Shown here: positions 9,645-19,978 of the stretch, piece by piece
Position numbering within the stretch: position 1 is the first letter of the stretch
How the letters are laid out: every line of letters starts with the position of its first letter
NCBI GenBank assembly: GCA_001800675.1
Contig: MGVW01000005.1
Location: 7,493 to 71,492 of the forward strand
DNA length: 64,000 nt
Direction: 5' to 3'
DNA from: Euryarchaeota archaeon RBG_13_57_23
GTDB lineage: Archaea; Thermoplasmatota; Thermoplasmata; UBA10834
The notes under the pieces: model-generated
The model's input: the letters and a program-made list of their open reading frames with translations, nothing else
Told to the model about the DNA's origin: nothing
The model's database searches: none
Position numbers and translations under genes: made by a program

Positions 9645-9755
9645 AGGATTACTACTGCACCTATGGCGATGAAGACCAAGCTGGAGATGAGGGCGACCAA
9701 AACGAGTTTCATCATCGTTTGCCGGTCGTGAAGCAGGTCAAGGAGGGCCATCCGT

Positions 9756-10409
9756 TCAAATCTCCGCCTTGGCCTCAGCCCTGGCCTCAGCCTTGTCCTT
9801 GATCCGCTTGAGTCTGAAGATGTTGTCTCTTTCCATCTCCTCGAGCCTGAATGCAATGAACCGTTCGATCTCCTCGAGCTCTGGCAGGATCTTGTATTCG
9901 AGCGCGTTGACCCGGCGCTTCGTCCGCTCGATCTCCTCGATCAGCTTCTTCATCGTCGTCTCGAGTTCGGCCGCCTTCACGACGGTTTCGACAAGGTTCT
10001 CGTAGGCCTCCGTGGCCTCGTCGATCCTCGGGGACGTGCCAATGATGCCGTATCCACGTTCCGTGAGAGGGGCGACGATCTTGCTCGACTTGATGTCGGG
10101 CACGACGACTCCCATCAGGTTCCTGCTCCTCAGCTGTATCTCTGGGTGACCGGTGAGGGCATAAGACGCCGAGCGCACAGCGATGACGCCGTCGACCGCA
10201 CTCGCAATGGCTATCTTCTCGCTGGCTTCCTTGTACCTCCTCGCGATCTCGACCCTGAGATCCTTCGCCTGGTCGAGTATCTTGAAGAACTCCAGGATGA
10301 GTCCGTCCCGCTTCAGCTTGAGTATCTTGTGCCCGTTCTGAGTCAACTTGATCTTCTTCTTGACCTCGAGCAGTTCTGACCTGGTAGGCTGTATCTCTCT
10401 GACCGGCAT
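9756..10409 (-). CDS. atpD: A-type/V-type ATP synthase subunit D
   Basis: 217-aa coiled-coil protein (MPVREIQPTRSELLEVKKKIKLTQNGHKILKLKRD...), last gene of the operon. Confidence 0.9.
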   Translation of the reverse strand: MPVREIQPTRSELLEVKKKIKLTQNGHKILKLKRDGLILEFFKILDQAKDLRVEIARRYKEASEKIAIASAVDGVIAVRSASYALTGHPEIQLRSRNLMGVVVPDIKSSKIVAPLTERGYGIIGTSPRIDEATEAYENLVETVVKAAELETTMKKLIEEIERTKRRVNALEYKILPELEEIERFIAFRLEEMERDNIFRLKRIKDKAEARAEAKAEI

Positions 10410-10416
10410 TGCGCAT

Positions 10417-11796
10417 TCACTTCTTCTTCACAGTCGGGTGATATTTCTCGATGAACTTCCTGTCAATCTTCGTGAGCGAATCTGTGGGCAGCATGGACAG
10501 CAGCTCCCAGCCGAGGTCGAGCGTCTGTTCTATCGTGCGGTCCTCGTCCTTCCCCTGACGTGTGAATCTGTCCTCAAAGGCATCCGCGAAGTCGAGGAAC
10601 TTCCTGTCCCTGTCCGATAGGGCCTCCTTGCCGACGATCGCGACCAGTCCCCGCAGGTCCCTGCCCTCGGCATATGCGGCATATAGCTGGTCAGAGACCG
10701 CCCTGTGATCCTCACGTGTGCGGCCGGGGCCGATTCCCTGGCCCATGAGCCTTGACAGGGACCGCTCGACCGCGATCGGCGGGAATATGCCCTTCCTGTG
10801 AAGGTCTCTGGAGGCGACTATCTGTCCCTCCGTGATATAACCAGTAAGGTCAGGTATGGGGTGCGTGATGTCGTCTCCCGGCATGGAGAGGATTGGGAAC
10901 TGCGTGATCGAGCCCTTCTTGCCTTTGATCCTCCCGGCCCTCTCATACATGGAGGCCAGGTCTGTGTACATGTACCCTGGGTATCCCCGTCTCGCGGGAA
11001 CTTCCTCTCTCGCGGCGCCGATCTGTCTCAGCGCCTCCGAGTAATTCGTGATATCTGTGAGTATCACGAGCACGTGCATCCCGAGGTCGAAAGCAAGGTA
11101 CTCTGCGGTGGTGAGGGCAAGTCTCGGAGTCAGCAACCTCTCGATTGCGGGGTCGTCCGCAAGGTTGAGGAACACGACCGCTCGCTTCAGAGCGCCCGTC
11201 CTCTCGAAGTCCTTCATGAAGTACTGCGCCTCCTCGCTCGTAATGCCCATCGCTGCGAAGACGACCGCGAACTCTTCCTTCCCGCCCAGGACCTTCGCCT
11301 GTCTCGCGATCTGCAATGCGATGTCGTTGTGCGGCAGACCGGCACCGGAGAATATCGGAAGCTTCTGACCGCGGACGAGCGTGTTCATCCCGTCTATCGA
11401 CGAAATGCCCGTCTGGATGAACTCCTGCGGGTTGTCCCTGGCCCACGGGTTGATGGCGGCACCGATGATCTCCAGACGCTTCTCCGGGATGATCGGGGGC
11501 CCGTTATCGAGCGGGTCCCCAGAGCCGTTCAGTATCCTGCCGAGCATGTCCTTCGCAACGGGCATTTTGACGGTCTCTCCGAGGAACTTCACTCCCGAAG
11601 ACCTGTCGATGCCTCCCGTTCCCTCGAACACCTGGATGACCACGACCTCGTCCGATGTGTCCAATACCTGTCCTCTCTTCGTGCTCCCGTCTGGGAGCGC
11701 GATCTGCACGAGCTCGCCGTAGCCGATGGGCTCCGTCTTCTCAACGAAGACAAGTGGTCCTGCAATCTGGTTGATCGTGTGGTATTCCTTCGCCAT
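10417..11796 (-). CDS. atpB: A-type/V-type ATP synthase subunit B
   Basis: [20 protein letters not shown]-terminus. ATG at 11796; a GTG at 11805 overlaps the atpA stop. Confidence 0.95.
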   Translation of the reverse strand: MAKEYHTINQIAGPLVFVEKTEPIGYGELVQIALPDGSTKRGQVLDTSDEVVVIQVFEGTGGIDRSSGVKFLGETVKMPVAKDMLGRILNGSGDPLDNGPPIIPEKRLEIIGAAINPWARDNPQEFIQTGISSIDGMNTLVRGQKLPIFSGAGLPHNDIALQIARQAKVLGGKEEFAVVFAAMGITSEEAQYFMKDFERTGALKRAVVFLNLADDPAIERLLTPRLALTTAEYLAFDLGMHVLVILTDITNYSEALRQIGAAREEVPARRGYPGYMYTDLASMYERAGRIKGKKGSITQFPILSMPGDDITHPIPDLTGYITEGQIVASRDLHRKGIFPPIAVERSLSRLMGQGIGPGRTREDHRAVSDQLYAAYAEGRDLRGLVAIVGKEALSDRDRKFLDFADAFEDRFTRQGKDEDRTIEQTLDLGWELLSMLPTDSLTKIDRKFIEKYHPTVKKK

Positions 11797-11801
11797 ATCT
11801 C

Positions 11802-13538
11802 TCACGCTCCCAAAGAGGCGAACTGCTTGTCCATCTCCGCGGCGACCTTCTTCAGGTCGGCATCCATCGTCTCCTCGAACTTCAGCTTCCCGAGGTCCGT
11901 CCTGGACTGCAGCGAGGATATCCTCTCGAGAGGCACCTCGAGCGATATCGCCTTCTTCGCGAGTTCAGAGAATCTCTTTATCGCGCTCATGTACTCGTAC
12001 TGCCTCTTGAGCGGGCTGTAAGTGTCCACCGCATGGTACGCGCTCTGCTGGAGGAAGAATTCCCTGATCATCCTGGCAACATCGAGCGTCAGCCTCTGCT
12101 CCTCAGGCAACGCGTCCGAACCGACCAGCTGCACTATCTCCTGCAGCTCCGACTCCTTCTGGAGCGTCTCCATGGCCCACAGCCTCACCTGGTTCCAGTC
12201 CTCGGCGACATTCTTCCTGTACCAATCCTCGAGGATCGGGCTGTAGAGGCTGTACGAGGTCAGCCAGTTGATGGCTGGAAAGTGCCTTCTCTCCCTAAGT
12301 TTTGAATCGAGCGCCCAGAATACCTTCACGATCCTGAGCGTGTTCTGAGTGACGGGTTCGCTGAAGTCTCCTCCAGATGGGGATACGGCACCGATGACCG
12401 ATATGGATCCAATCCCTCCTGAGAACACCTTGACGCGTCCGCATCGCTCATAGAACTCCGAGAGCCTAGCAGCGAGATAGGCCGGATATCCCTCCTCACC
12501 GGGCATCTCCTCCAACCGTGACGATATCTCTCTCATGGCCTCGGCCCACCTGGACGTTGAGTCGGCCATCAGTGAGACGTCGTAGCCCATGTCCCTGTAG
12601 TACTCGGCTATTGTGATCCCAGTATACACGGACGCCTCTCTCGCAGCGACAGGCATGTTGGAGGTGTTCGCTATGAGAACCGTCCTGCCCATCAGGGGTT
12701 TCCCCGTCTTCGGGTCCTCCAGCTCGGGGAACGTGGTCAGGACCTCTGTCATTTCGTTACCCCTCTCACCACAACCGACATAGATGACGATCTGCGCATC
12801 GCTCCATTTGGAGAGCTGTTGCGACGTTACGGTCTTACCCGTCCCGAACCCGCCAGGAATGGCCGCAGTGCCGCCCTTCGCGAGGGGGAACAGCATGTCA
12901 AGCACCCGCTGGCCTGTCACGAGCGGTATATCTGGCATGAGTTTCTCGACATATGGCCTCGCCTGCCTGACCGGCCACTTCTGCATGAGCTTGAGCTCAT
13001 ACCCAGAATCCAGCTGGCCGATGACATCTTCCACAGTGAAATCTCCGGATGAAATGCTCTTGATCTTCCCCTTCGCGTCATTCGGTGCGAGGACCCTGTG
13101 AATGATGTTGCCCTCCGGCACCTCGCCAAGTATGGTCCCGCGACCGACCTCATCGCCCTTCTTGACAAGAGGAGTGAACTCCCACTTCTTCTTCCTGTCA
13201 AGGCCAGGAGCCGTGATGCCCCTCGAGACGAAGTCGCCCTGGGTCTCCCTCAGGACGGGCAGAGGCCTCTGAACGCCATCGTACACGCTCGAAAGCAGCC
13301 CTGGCCCCAGCTCGACCTGGAGAGGGGCCCCAGTGTCGACGACTACCTCGCCGGGCCTTATGCCTGATGTGTCCTCGTAGACCTGGATGACCGTCTTCTT
13401 GCCCACGAGCTTGATCACTTCACCCATGAGCTTGAGCTCGCCAACCAAGACGACGTCGTACATCCTCGGGGAGATACCCTCCGCCGTGACGACCGGCCCT
13501 GCGACTCTGCTTATCCTTCCCGTTTCCTTCGTAGCCAT
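11802..13538 (-). CDS. atpA: A-type/V-type ATP synthase catalytic subunit A (no intein)
   Basis: P-loop GGFGTGKTV and the typical A-subunit non-homologous region. ATG at 13538; the track start at 13553 is a GTG. Confidence 0.95.
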   Translation of the reverse strand: MATKETGRISRVAGPVVTAEGISPRMYDVVLVGELKLMGEVIKLVGKKTVIQVYEDTSGIRPGEVVVDTGAPLQVELGPGLLSSVYDGVQRPLPVLRETQGDFVSRGITAPGLDRKKKWEFTPLVKKGDEVGRGTILGEVPEGNIIHRVLAPNDAKGKIKSISSGDFTVEDVIGQLDSGYELKLMQKWPVRQARPYVEKLMPDIPLVTGQRVLDMLFPLAKGGTAAIPGGFGTGKTVTSQQLSKWSDAQIVIYVGCGERGNEMTEVLTTFPELEDPKTGKPLMGRTVLIANTSNMPVAAREASVYTGITIAEYYRDMGYDVSLMADSTSRWAEAMREISSRLEEMPGEEGYPAYLAARLSEFYERCGRVKVFSGGIGSISVIGAVSPSGGDFSEPVTQNTLRIVKVFWALDSKLRERRHFPAINWLTSYSLYSPILEDWYRKNVAEDWNQVRLWAMETLQKESELQEIVQLVGSDALPEEQRLTLDVARMIREFFLQQSAYHAVDTYSPLKRQYEYMSAIKRFSELAKKAISLEVPLERISSLQSRTDLGKLKFEETMDADLKKVAAEMDKQFASLGA

Positions 13539-13552
13539 ATGATCCGCTCCCA

Positions 13553-13849
13553 CTACCTTGACTTGTAAAGGTCGATCCCCATCGCCCTTCGAACCTTATC
13601 CCTCATATCGCCTTCATCGAGCCCGACTGGTATGACGACGGGGTCGACGCTCTCCATCATCTTCGTCCTCAGCTGAGGAGGCAACTTCTCGAGGTCCTTC
13701 GTGTAAAGCGCGAGTATGCCGACATCCTCCTCGTCCATGACCTTCACGATCGTCTCGACCAGCTTGTCCGGGGCGACGGCGTACACTTTCCTGATGCCTG
13801 CCAGGCGGAACCCTGTCACGAACTCCTCGGTGCCCACGACAGCGATCTG
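13553..13849 (-). CDS. atpF: A-type/V-type ATP synthase subunit F
   Basis: [21 protein letters not shown]-terminus. Confidence 0.85.
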   Translation of the reverse strand, partial: QIAVVGTEEFVTGFRLAGIRKVYAVAPDKLVETIVKVMDEEDVGILALYTKDLEKLPPQLRTKMMESVDPVVIPVGLDEGDMRDKVRRAMGIDLYKSR

Positions 13850-13853
13850 CATC

Positions 13854-14924
13854 TCACACCACCAGCAGGTCCTCGATGACCGTAGTCGAGAGGGCACTCG
13901 CCTTGCCTCTCGCGATTATCCTGATGTTGTCCACTTCCACTTTCTTGCGTATCATGTAGTTCACAATCGGGAGGACCGAGAGCGGGTAGAAGTGGGCGAA
14001 TTTCTCGCTCTTGCGAATGAGCGCCTTATCCAACGCGATCGTGATGCCCGAGAGCTTCCTGTCCGTCTTGAAACGCTCAAGAGGTTCCCTTATGTCGGCG
14101 TACATGGAGGACTTCTCGAGCTCCTCGATTATCGGTGGCATGCCCTCCGCCTGCGCGAGCGCGCGCAGCTTCTCGATGCTGTAGTCCATGCCTCCCGGTA
14201 TCAGATACTTGACGATCTTGTCCTCGGGGATGCGCGCGGCCTTCAGTTTCAGGAGCACCTTGAGGTTCGTCACGTCGATCTCCTCCCTGACGAAATCCCT
14301 GAGCAGCTTGTCCGCGCTGACCGTCCCTTTGACCACCTTGAGGAGGTCGTAGTACATCCTCTGGTCCAGATGGTCCTCCAAGGGTGCCAGCCTGCCCGCA
14401 TCCACGACTTCTCTTACAAGTTCGGGGGTGATCGCGAGTGCAGCGTCCGCAACGAGCGCGTCCATGATCTCGGAGACCGAGCTTGACTGTATCAAGGACT
14501 TCAGGTATGCCTCCGTGTAGGCGCCTGCCGGAACGAGTGTGTCGACTATCTCCTCAGCCCTGACATTGGTCATCTTGCCCCTCAGGAGCGTCTTGACGTT
14601 GTAGATATCCCAGCGCTTCAGGTAGTTCCCGACCATTTCTCTCAGGTGGCCTGTTGTGAAGCCTAGTATGTCGGAATATGTGTTCGCGAGGTTTCGCGTG
14701 ACTGCCACCTCGACCAAGTTGGCACCCGAGTACACCGAGGCGTACTTCGCCATCTCCTCACGGTACTGGGTCTCTCCGAGGAACCTGCCAACTTCGTACA
14801 CGTCCATGACGAGAAGGCGGGAGTAGACGTCCCTCGAAAGGAGGAACCTCTTCTTCGCCTTCACGCGAGTGCACGCGTATGCATAATTGCCTCGGTTGCC
14901 TGCAAACCACATGCTCCGAATCAC
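13854..14924 (-). CDS. atpC: A-type/V-type ATP synthase subunit C (d-type)
   Basis: 356 aa; position between E and F in the operon; helical composition. Confidence 0.85.
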   Translation of the reverse strand: MIRSMWFAGNRGNYAYACTRVKAKKRFLLSRDVYSRLLVMDVYEVGRFLGETQYREEMAKYASVYSGANLVEVAVTRNLANTYSDILGFTTGHLREMVGNYLKRWDIYNVKTLLRGKMTNVRAEEIVDTLVPAGAYTEAYLKSLIQSSSVSEIMDALVADAALAITPELVREVVDAGRLAPLEDHLDQRMYYDLLKVVKGTVSADKLLRDFVREEIDVTNLKVLLKLKAARIPEDKIVKYLIPGGMDYSIEKLRALAQAEGMPPIIEELEKSSMYADIREPLERFKTDRKLSGITIALDKALIRKSEKFAHFYPLSVLPIVNYMIRKKVEVDNIRIIARGKASALSTTVIEDLLVV

Positions 14925-15478
14925 CCGAACAGCTTCTCGTATATCTCCCGTATCTTCCCGTTCCAGACATCGTCCAGAATGCTCTCGAACCGGTAGTCCA
15001 GACGCACGGTCCTGTCCTTGCTCTCGAATATGAGCCCGCCCGCGCAGTCAACTACTCCTCCGCTGGTCATTCCCGAGGGCAGCTGCAGCAACGGCTTGTC
15101 GGCCTTGTTCGTGTACACATAGCAGTCCCCGAGCTCCTTCTTCGCCTTGGAGACGAGCTTCGAGTAGACCTTCTTGCGTTTGTCCGAAGGATAGCTGGCC
15201 AATTCTTCGAGCGCCTGCGACCTGAGATCCTCCATTACCTTCCTCTGTGCAGCCAGGAGCGTCTTCTTCGATTCCAGCTCCGCGCTCGACAGCTCCTGCT
15301 GTTCCATCTGAGCGGTCTTCGCTTCGGACCTCTTCTCGGCCTTCTGGCGGTTCTCTTGTATCTTCTTGTCCGCCTGGAGGACCTGCTCGTCACGCTCCTT
15401 CTGCCCGAGCTGGATGATCTCTCGCTTGCGCTCCTCTCCCTTGCGGAGGATCTCATCGACTACCTTGTTCAGACTCAT
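14921..15478 (-). CDS. atpE: A-type/V-type ATP synthase subunit E
   Basis: 185-aa charged coiled-coil protein in the E position of the operon. Confidence 0.85.
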   Translation of the reverse strand: MSLNKVVDEILRKGEERKREIIQLGQKERDEQVLQADKKIQENRQKAEKRSEAKTAQMEQQELSSAELESKKTLLAAQRKVMEDLRSQALEELASYPSDKRKKVYSKLVSKAKKELGDCYVYTNKADKPLLQLPSGMTSGGVVDCAGGLIFESKDRTVRLDYRFESILDDVWNGKIREIYEKLFG

Positions 15479-15537
15479 CCTACCTCAGCTCCGATGATCC
15501 CGGCCTCGTATCGCCGATCTCCGTTCTTCTTCCCGTT

Positions 15538-15768
15538 TCACACCAAGCCGTAGATCAGGAACGCGACGACGAACCCGAAGATGACGATGGTCTCGGGCAG
15601 GACCATCAAGGTCAAGCCCTTGCCGAACATCTTTGGGTCTTCTGCAGTTGCGCCCACCGCCGCCGCTCCGATCTGTGCCTGGGCTATGCCGGTGCCTATG
15701 CCCGCTGCGCCTATTGCGATGCCCGCACCGACAAGCGCCAATCCGACCGCTGTTGGGTCCAATGCCAT
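15538..15768 (-). CDS. atpK: A-type/V-type ATP synthase proteolipid subunit K (c subunit)
   Basis: 76-aa two-helix Gly/Ala-rich hairpin carrying the conserved carboxylate (LPETIVIFG). Confidence 0.9.
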   Translation of the reverse strand: MALDPTAVGLALVGAGIAIGAAGIGTGIAQAQIGAAAVGATAEDPKMFGKGLTLMVLPETIVIFGFVVAFLIYGLV

Positions 15769-15781
15769 TTTCTTCTACCTC

Positions 15782-17788
15782 CTATTTCGTTATCACAGAG
15801 TACTTCCTCTCGTAGCTCAAAGGGGAGAATTCAGTACCCCCACCCTCGAAGAACTTTAGGAAGAACTCAACATAGTTCAGCCTGATAGCCTGAATGCCCG
15901 ATGACAGAGCCCCGATGAAGAACACGAAGAACGCTTGGGACACGAACAGCGCCAAAACTCCCAGTATCGCCACGACGATATTCCCGCTCTCGAATATCAT
16001 CGGGAACAGCATGAAGTTGAATGCGACCGCCACCGCACCCTTGCCAATCGCCATCGCAGCCAGTCTTGCGTACGAGACGAGGTTCGTAAACACGCCTACA
16101 ACCTCGGTAAGTGCCATCGCCCCCTCGAAGACCACGATGCCCAGGACGCCTGCTACGATGAGCCCCAGCGCCGGCATCGAGACCTTTATGCCGATCATAT
16201 CGGCGCTCACGTCCGGGATGGGTGAGAGAACAGTCGAGTTCATGAAGTGACTAGTTTGGGTGGCATCTCCCGCGATGACCATCATCTCAGCGAATAGTCC
16301 GAAGAGCACCAGAAGCCACGCGATCTTTCCCACGGCATGTTTCTTGCTGTGCGGGTAGTGATTTACAAAACCGAAGGTGAAGCCGACGGTCAGGTGGATC
16401 CAACCGGCGACGAGCGATATCGCGATCATCTCCATGGAGTCGCGCATCTTGTCGAGCAAAGGATGAATGGGTATGTTCGCGATGACCTCCCAGGAGTGCT
16501 CGTCAGGGTTCTCCACCGGCGGATGGAATGGCACCCCGAAGGCCTCGGCGAACACGAACAGTCCGAACACGCTAGCCATGAATCCGCCTGCCAAGATTAT
16601 CGCACCTAACTTAAGCAGATCAGGGGACGACTTGAACTTCCAGCGAATCATGGCGCCGAGGACGACCAGACTCAGGCCGAATCCTAGGTCGCCTATCATG
16701 AAGCCGAAGAAGAGAGGGAATGTGATGAACAGGACAAGAGTAGGGTCTATCTCCTCGTACTTCGGCGTTGATACGAGATTGATGAAGAACTCGAACGGCT
16801 TAACCGGTTTCGGATTCTTCAGTTTGACCGGAGTCTCCTCGGATTTCTCCGGAGAGACGGTTTCGATGAACGCGAGGCCGCAACACATCGTGTCCAGGGC
16901 CGTCCTTATCTCGTCCACACGGTGACTCGGAGCCCATCCGTCGATGATGAACGAATTTGCCGAAGTCGCAATCCGCAAAGGGGTTTCCGCCTTGAGTATC
17001 TCGATGGATAGGTGCTCATCGGAGCTGATGATGAAGTCTGCGAATTGTTTTCGGATGGCGTCCAGGTCGGCCTCGATCCTTGCCAGGTCCGCCTCAAGCT
17101 CTTTGATCTGCTTGCGAAGCTGGACGACGATCTCGTCCGGGTCGCCCTTCACCTTCGGCAGTTTGATCTCCTGGAAACCGTGCTCCGCCAGTATCTTCGA
17201 GGCCTCCGTGCGGCCTTCGCTCTTTACGAACGCCACAACGACGACATCGGATTTCCTGGCGTCGGCGAACACCTCGCATTCGGCCACCTTGCTCGTCAGA
17301 GCAGCGCTCGGGTCAGTCTTGCATATCCCGACGAAGCTCGAGAGATTGTCATAGCCATCAAAGAGTTCCACTGGTATCGCGAAAGGGACGATTGGCTCTA
17401 GGGCCCTGATCTCCCCTTCCTTCTCCCTGACCAGCGCCTGTATCTTCTGTCGTGAATCTGCCTTGCTCGATGTATTGAGGTCCAGTGTGACAAGCGCCTG
17501 ATCCATCCGAGACCTGATGTCGTGGACGTGCATGGCACGAGCCGGCTTGTGGTCCTCAATCTCGAGAGATCGGATGATCGATCTAAGCTTGAGGAGCTTC
17601 TGAGACGTGTCAGAGGCCGTCGGGAGCGGCTGGCCGATCCTAAATTCCTCATCCTGTTCCGTGAAGTCTATCAGATGGAGTACGCCCAACTCGTAGAGGC
17701 ACTCGATTGTAGCATCGAGGCTTTCAATCGACCCGACGACAACGACCCGCGTCATCTCCTCTGGCTTAAGCATCAATCGTCCTCTCAA
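15782..17788 (-). CDS. atpI: A-type/V-type ATP synthase subunit I (a subunit)
   Basis: 668 aa with a hydrophilic N-terminal half and a multi-TM C-terminal half. Confidence 0.9.
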   Translation of the reverse strand: MRGRLMLKPEEMTRVVVVGSIESLDATIECLYELGVLHLIDFTEQDEEFRIGQPLPTASDTSQKLLKLRSIIRSLEIEDHKPARAMHVHDIRSRMDQALVTLDLNTSSKADSRQKIQALVREKEGEIRALEPIVPFAIPVELFDGYDNLSSFVGICKTDPSAALTSKVAECEVFADARKSDVVVVAFVKSEGRTEASKILAEHGFQEIKLPKVKGDPDEIVVQLRKQIKELEADLARIEADLDAIRKQFADFIISSDEHLSIEILKAETPLRIATSANSFIIDGWAPSHRVDEIRTALDTMCCGLAFIETVSPEKSEETPVKLKNPKPVKPFEFFINLVSTPKYEEIDPTLVLFITFPLFFGFMIGDLGFGLSLVVLGAMIRWKFKSSPDLLKLGAIILAGGFMASVFGLFVFAEAFGVPFHPPVENPDEHSWEVIANIPIHPLLDKMRDSMEMIAISLVAGWIHLTVGFTFGFVNHYPHSKKHAVGKIAWLLVLFGLFAEMMVIAGDATQTSHFMNSTVLSPIPDVSADMIGIKVSMPALGLIVAGVLGIVVFEGAMALTEVVGVFTNLVSYARLAAMAIGKGAVAVAFNFMLFPMIFESGNIVVAILGVLALFVSQAFFVFFIGALSSGIQAIRLNYVEFFLKFFEGGGTEFSPLSYERKYSVITK

Positions 17789-18101
17789 ACTCCGAAAGAA
17801 CGAACTCCTTTGCCGTGCCCATGCGCTTCTGGGCGGTGGCGGTCAGTGCGGCGGCCTTTTTCTCCCCTTCGGCAAGGACCGTCCTCTTCTTCTGGTCAAT
17901 CCGCGATTGGGCCTCGGCCACCCTGGCATCCAGCTGCTTCCTGAGAATCGCTTCCGCGCTGTCACTTCTCAAAATCGCCGCACGCTTCCCCTCGGCCTGG
18001 AGTTGCCGCCTTTTCTCCTCGGCCTCCTTCGTCATTATGCGTACCTTCTCTTCCGCATCTTTTATTTGGCGAAGTATGTCGGCCTTGCCCAAGTCAGACA
18101 C
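17766..18101 (-). CDS. atpH: A-type/V-type ATP synthase subunit H
   Basis: 111-aa charged helical protein, first in the operon. Confidence 0.8.
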   Translation of the reverse strand: MSDLGKADILRQIKDAEEKVRIMTKEAEEKRRQLQAEGKRAAILRSDSAEAILRKQLDARVAEAQSRIDQKKRTVLAEGEKKAAALTATAQKRMGTAKEFVLSEFERTIDA

Positions 18102-18121
18102 GTCCAGTCGCTGATGCGGGT

Positions 18122-18136
18122 TTCGATATAAATAGC
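18122..18136 (-). promoter_or_regulatory. putative TATA box for the ATP synthase operon (leaderless or very short leader)
   Basis: The reverse complement reads CTATTTATATCG, about 25-30 nt upstream of the atpH ATG at 18101. Confidence 0.35.
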
Positions 18137-18234
18137 CTACGGGGTTCAGATTTTTCGATTTATTTCCCCGCTAATTCGACAATTAACGACAAATGAGGGT
18201 TTGCTTCGATTCTCCGATAGCTCACGCAAGCGCA

Positions 18235-18756
18235 CTACACCTGCAGTTTCTTCGCGAACAATCTCTTGTCCATCCTCGTGACCTTGATACCGGCCTGCTT
18301 GAGCAGTTCGACCCCTGTTAGATCCGAGTAATCATCGATGTAGACGACTCGGGCGACCTGAGCGTTCAGAATCATCCGCGCGCAGATGGGGCACGGAACG
18401 ATAGTCGAATACATCGTGGACGAGCGCGCATTCGTTCCTGCCTGTATCAAGGCGTTCTGCTCGGCGTGCACCGCGGTGCACGTCTCTAGTCTGGTGCCTG
18501 ACGGGATGCCCAGCTTGTCCCTGATGCATCCAATCTCGTGACAGTGCGGGAGGCCTCTCGGATTTCCGTTGTACCCCGAGCTCTTGATCTCGCCAACATC
18601 GCTGACGACGATAGCTCCTATCTGCCTTCGGGTGCAGGTGCTCCTCCGGGAGACCTCGATCGCGATATTCATGAAGTACTGGTCCTTCGATATGCGAGTG
18701 TTCTTCCCGTGGGCCTTCTCCGCCTTCACCTGATACCCCCTCGGCCTCAATCCCAT
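18235..18756 (-). CDS. dCMP deaminase (cytidine/deoxycytidylate deaminase family)
   Basis: HAEQNALIQAG and PCPICARMI zinc-binding motifs. The start is refined to the M preceding ISKDQYFMNIAIEVSRRSTC. Confidence 0.8.
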   Translation of the reverse strand: MGLRPRGYQVKAEKAHGKNTRISKDQYFMNIAIEVSRRSTCTRRQIGAIVVSDVGEIKSSGYNGNPRGLPHCHEIGCIRDKLGIPSGTRLETCTAVHAEQNALIQAGTNARSSTMYSTIVPCPICARMILNAQVARVVYIDDYSDLTGVELLKQAGIKVTRMDKRLFAKKLQV

Positions 18757-18870
18757 CTTGACATTTCTAGCTTTGCCTCGGATGGCACCACGCGCTAGCG
18801 CCCTCGCAGGCATGGGAAAGGGTAGAAATAGAGATGGGGCTCTACGAAACGCCACCACAAGGCAATTGGA

Positions 18871-19446
18871 ATGAGCAAGTGGGTTAAGATAGGTGCTGGG
18901 ATCGTCGCCGCCGTCGCGGTGGTGCTTCTAGCGTATGCGGTGCTCACCCCCGAGGACACGACAGATACTACCGACCACATGGGCGTGAATGGTCACATGA
19001 TCTACAGCTCCAGCAACGTCGGGATCATAGCCATCGCGATAGTGCTGATAGTCGGAGCCGTGATGGTAGCCGCCCTTTGGAACGAGTACGAGCCCTTGCC
19101 GCCGAGCATGGTCCCTCCGAGCAAGCCGCCTGAGCGGACGGTCGGAGCTGCCAAGGAACCAGAGCTGCCCGCTGTGGTCCCAAAGGAGGCGCCCCGCACC
19201 CCCTCAGAGGAGACGGAGGCGAGCAGAAACTATCTCGTCCTTCGACTGTTGAGCGGGGACGAGCGTACTATGTTCAAGTCAATCATGGACTCTGGCGGGG
19301 AGGCGCTACAGAAGAACCTGATATCCCAAACCAAGATGTCGAATGCCAAGGTCTCCCGAGTCCTGGACAGGCTGTTGCAGAAGGGCGTCATAACCAAGGA
19401 ACGGTACGGGGCGACGAACAAGGTCAAAATCAAGCCCGAACCGTGA
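18871..19446 (+). CDS. membrane-anchored winged-helix (MarR/ArsR-like) transcriptional regulator
   Basis: Two N-terminal TM helices, a Pro-rich linker, and a C-terminal wHTH (MFKSIMDSGGEALQKNLISQTKMSNAKVSRVLDRLLQKGVITKERYG). Confidence 0.6.
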   Translation: MSKWVKIGAGIVAAVAVVLLAYAVLTPEDTTDTTDHMGVNGHMIYSSSNVGIIAIAIVLIVGAVMVAALWNEYEPLPPSMVPPSKPPERTVGAAKEPELPAVVPKEAPRTPSEETEASRNYLVLRLLSGDERTMFKSIMDSGGEALQKNLISQTKMSNAKVSRVLDRLLQKGVITKERYGATNKVKIKPEP

Positions 19447-19585
19447 TTTTGACCGGGTTTTCAGCCTCTTTTCACCCCAGTGAAAACGTTTTCGCCGCTT
19501 TTCAGGATAGGTCCAAGTACCATTTCATCCAAACAGTACACCACGGGCGAATGGAGCCCGAACGACACCCGGAGGTGAAAGAACA

Positions 19586-19858
19586 ATGAAGACGTCAATA
19601 ATGGTGGCCATTGCAGCGGTGGTAGGAGTGCTCGCAGTCGCAGGAGTAGCCGCGGCGGCATCCCCAACAGTTGCGCAAGCCATGGGCCTAGGATCGGATT
19701 CCGGGGACGGCAGCGGCAACATGCACGGATGGCATCACCAGTGGTCATATCAGCATGCGAACCAGAACGACACATGCGGCATGCACGAGTATGACTATGC
19801 CTGGGAGTATGACTACAACTACTCCGACGGCCCCAAGAACTGCACATGCGTGGGCTGA
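19586..19858 (+). CDS. small secreted His/Trp/Tyr/Asp-rich Cys-containing peptide (signal peptide + about 55-aa mature part)
   Basis: Strong SD GGAGGTGA 7 nt upstream of the ATG. Classic signal peptide MKTSIMVAIAAVVGVLAVAGVAAAAS. Mature part GWHHQWSYQHANQNDTCGMHEYDYAWEYDYNYSDGPKNCTCVG. Confidence 0.5.
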   Translation: MKTSIMVAIAAVVGVLAVAGVAAAASPTVAQAMGLGSDSGDGSGNMHGWHHQWSYQHANQNDTCGMHEYDYAWEYDYNYSDGPKNCTCVG

Positions 19859-19978
19859 TCGGGCATTCACGCGCCTGGAAAACTAAACCCCTTCCTCCCT
19901 CATATTTTTGGAATCTTGACGCACTCGAGGCAGCGCACGACCCGAGGCGCCGGGGCAGCTTGATATCCGGGACAGGCG

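Noticed and set aside
9740-9756. tRNA-like T-loop string GTTCAAATC
   Set aside because: Flanking sequence cannot form a T-stem or acceptor stem; no cloverleaf.
9787-10416. 209-aa minus-strand ORF overlapping atpD
   Set aside because: Alternative frame of atpD, extremely Arg/Gly/Asp-rich; the atpD frame has the conserved subunit D sequence.
10798-12021. 407-aa plus-strand ORF
   Set aside because: Antisense to atpB/atpA; Arg/Leu/Asp-rich with no motifs.
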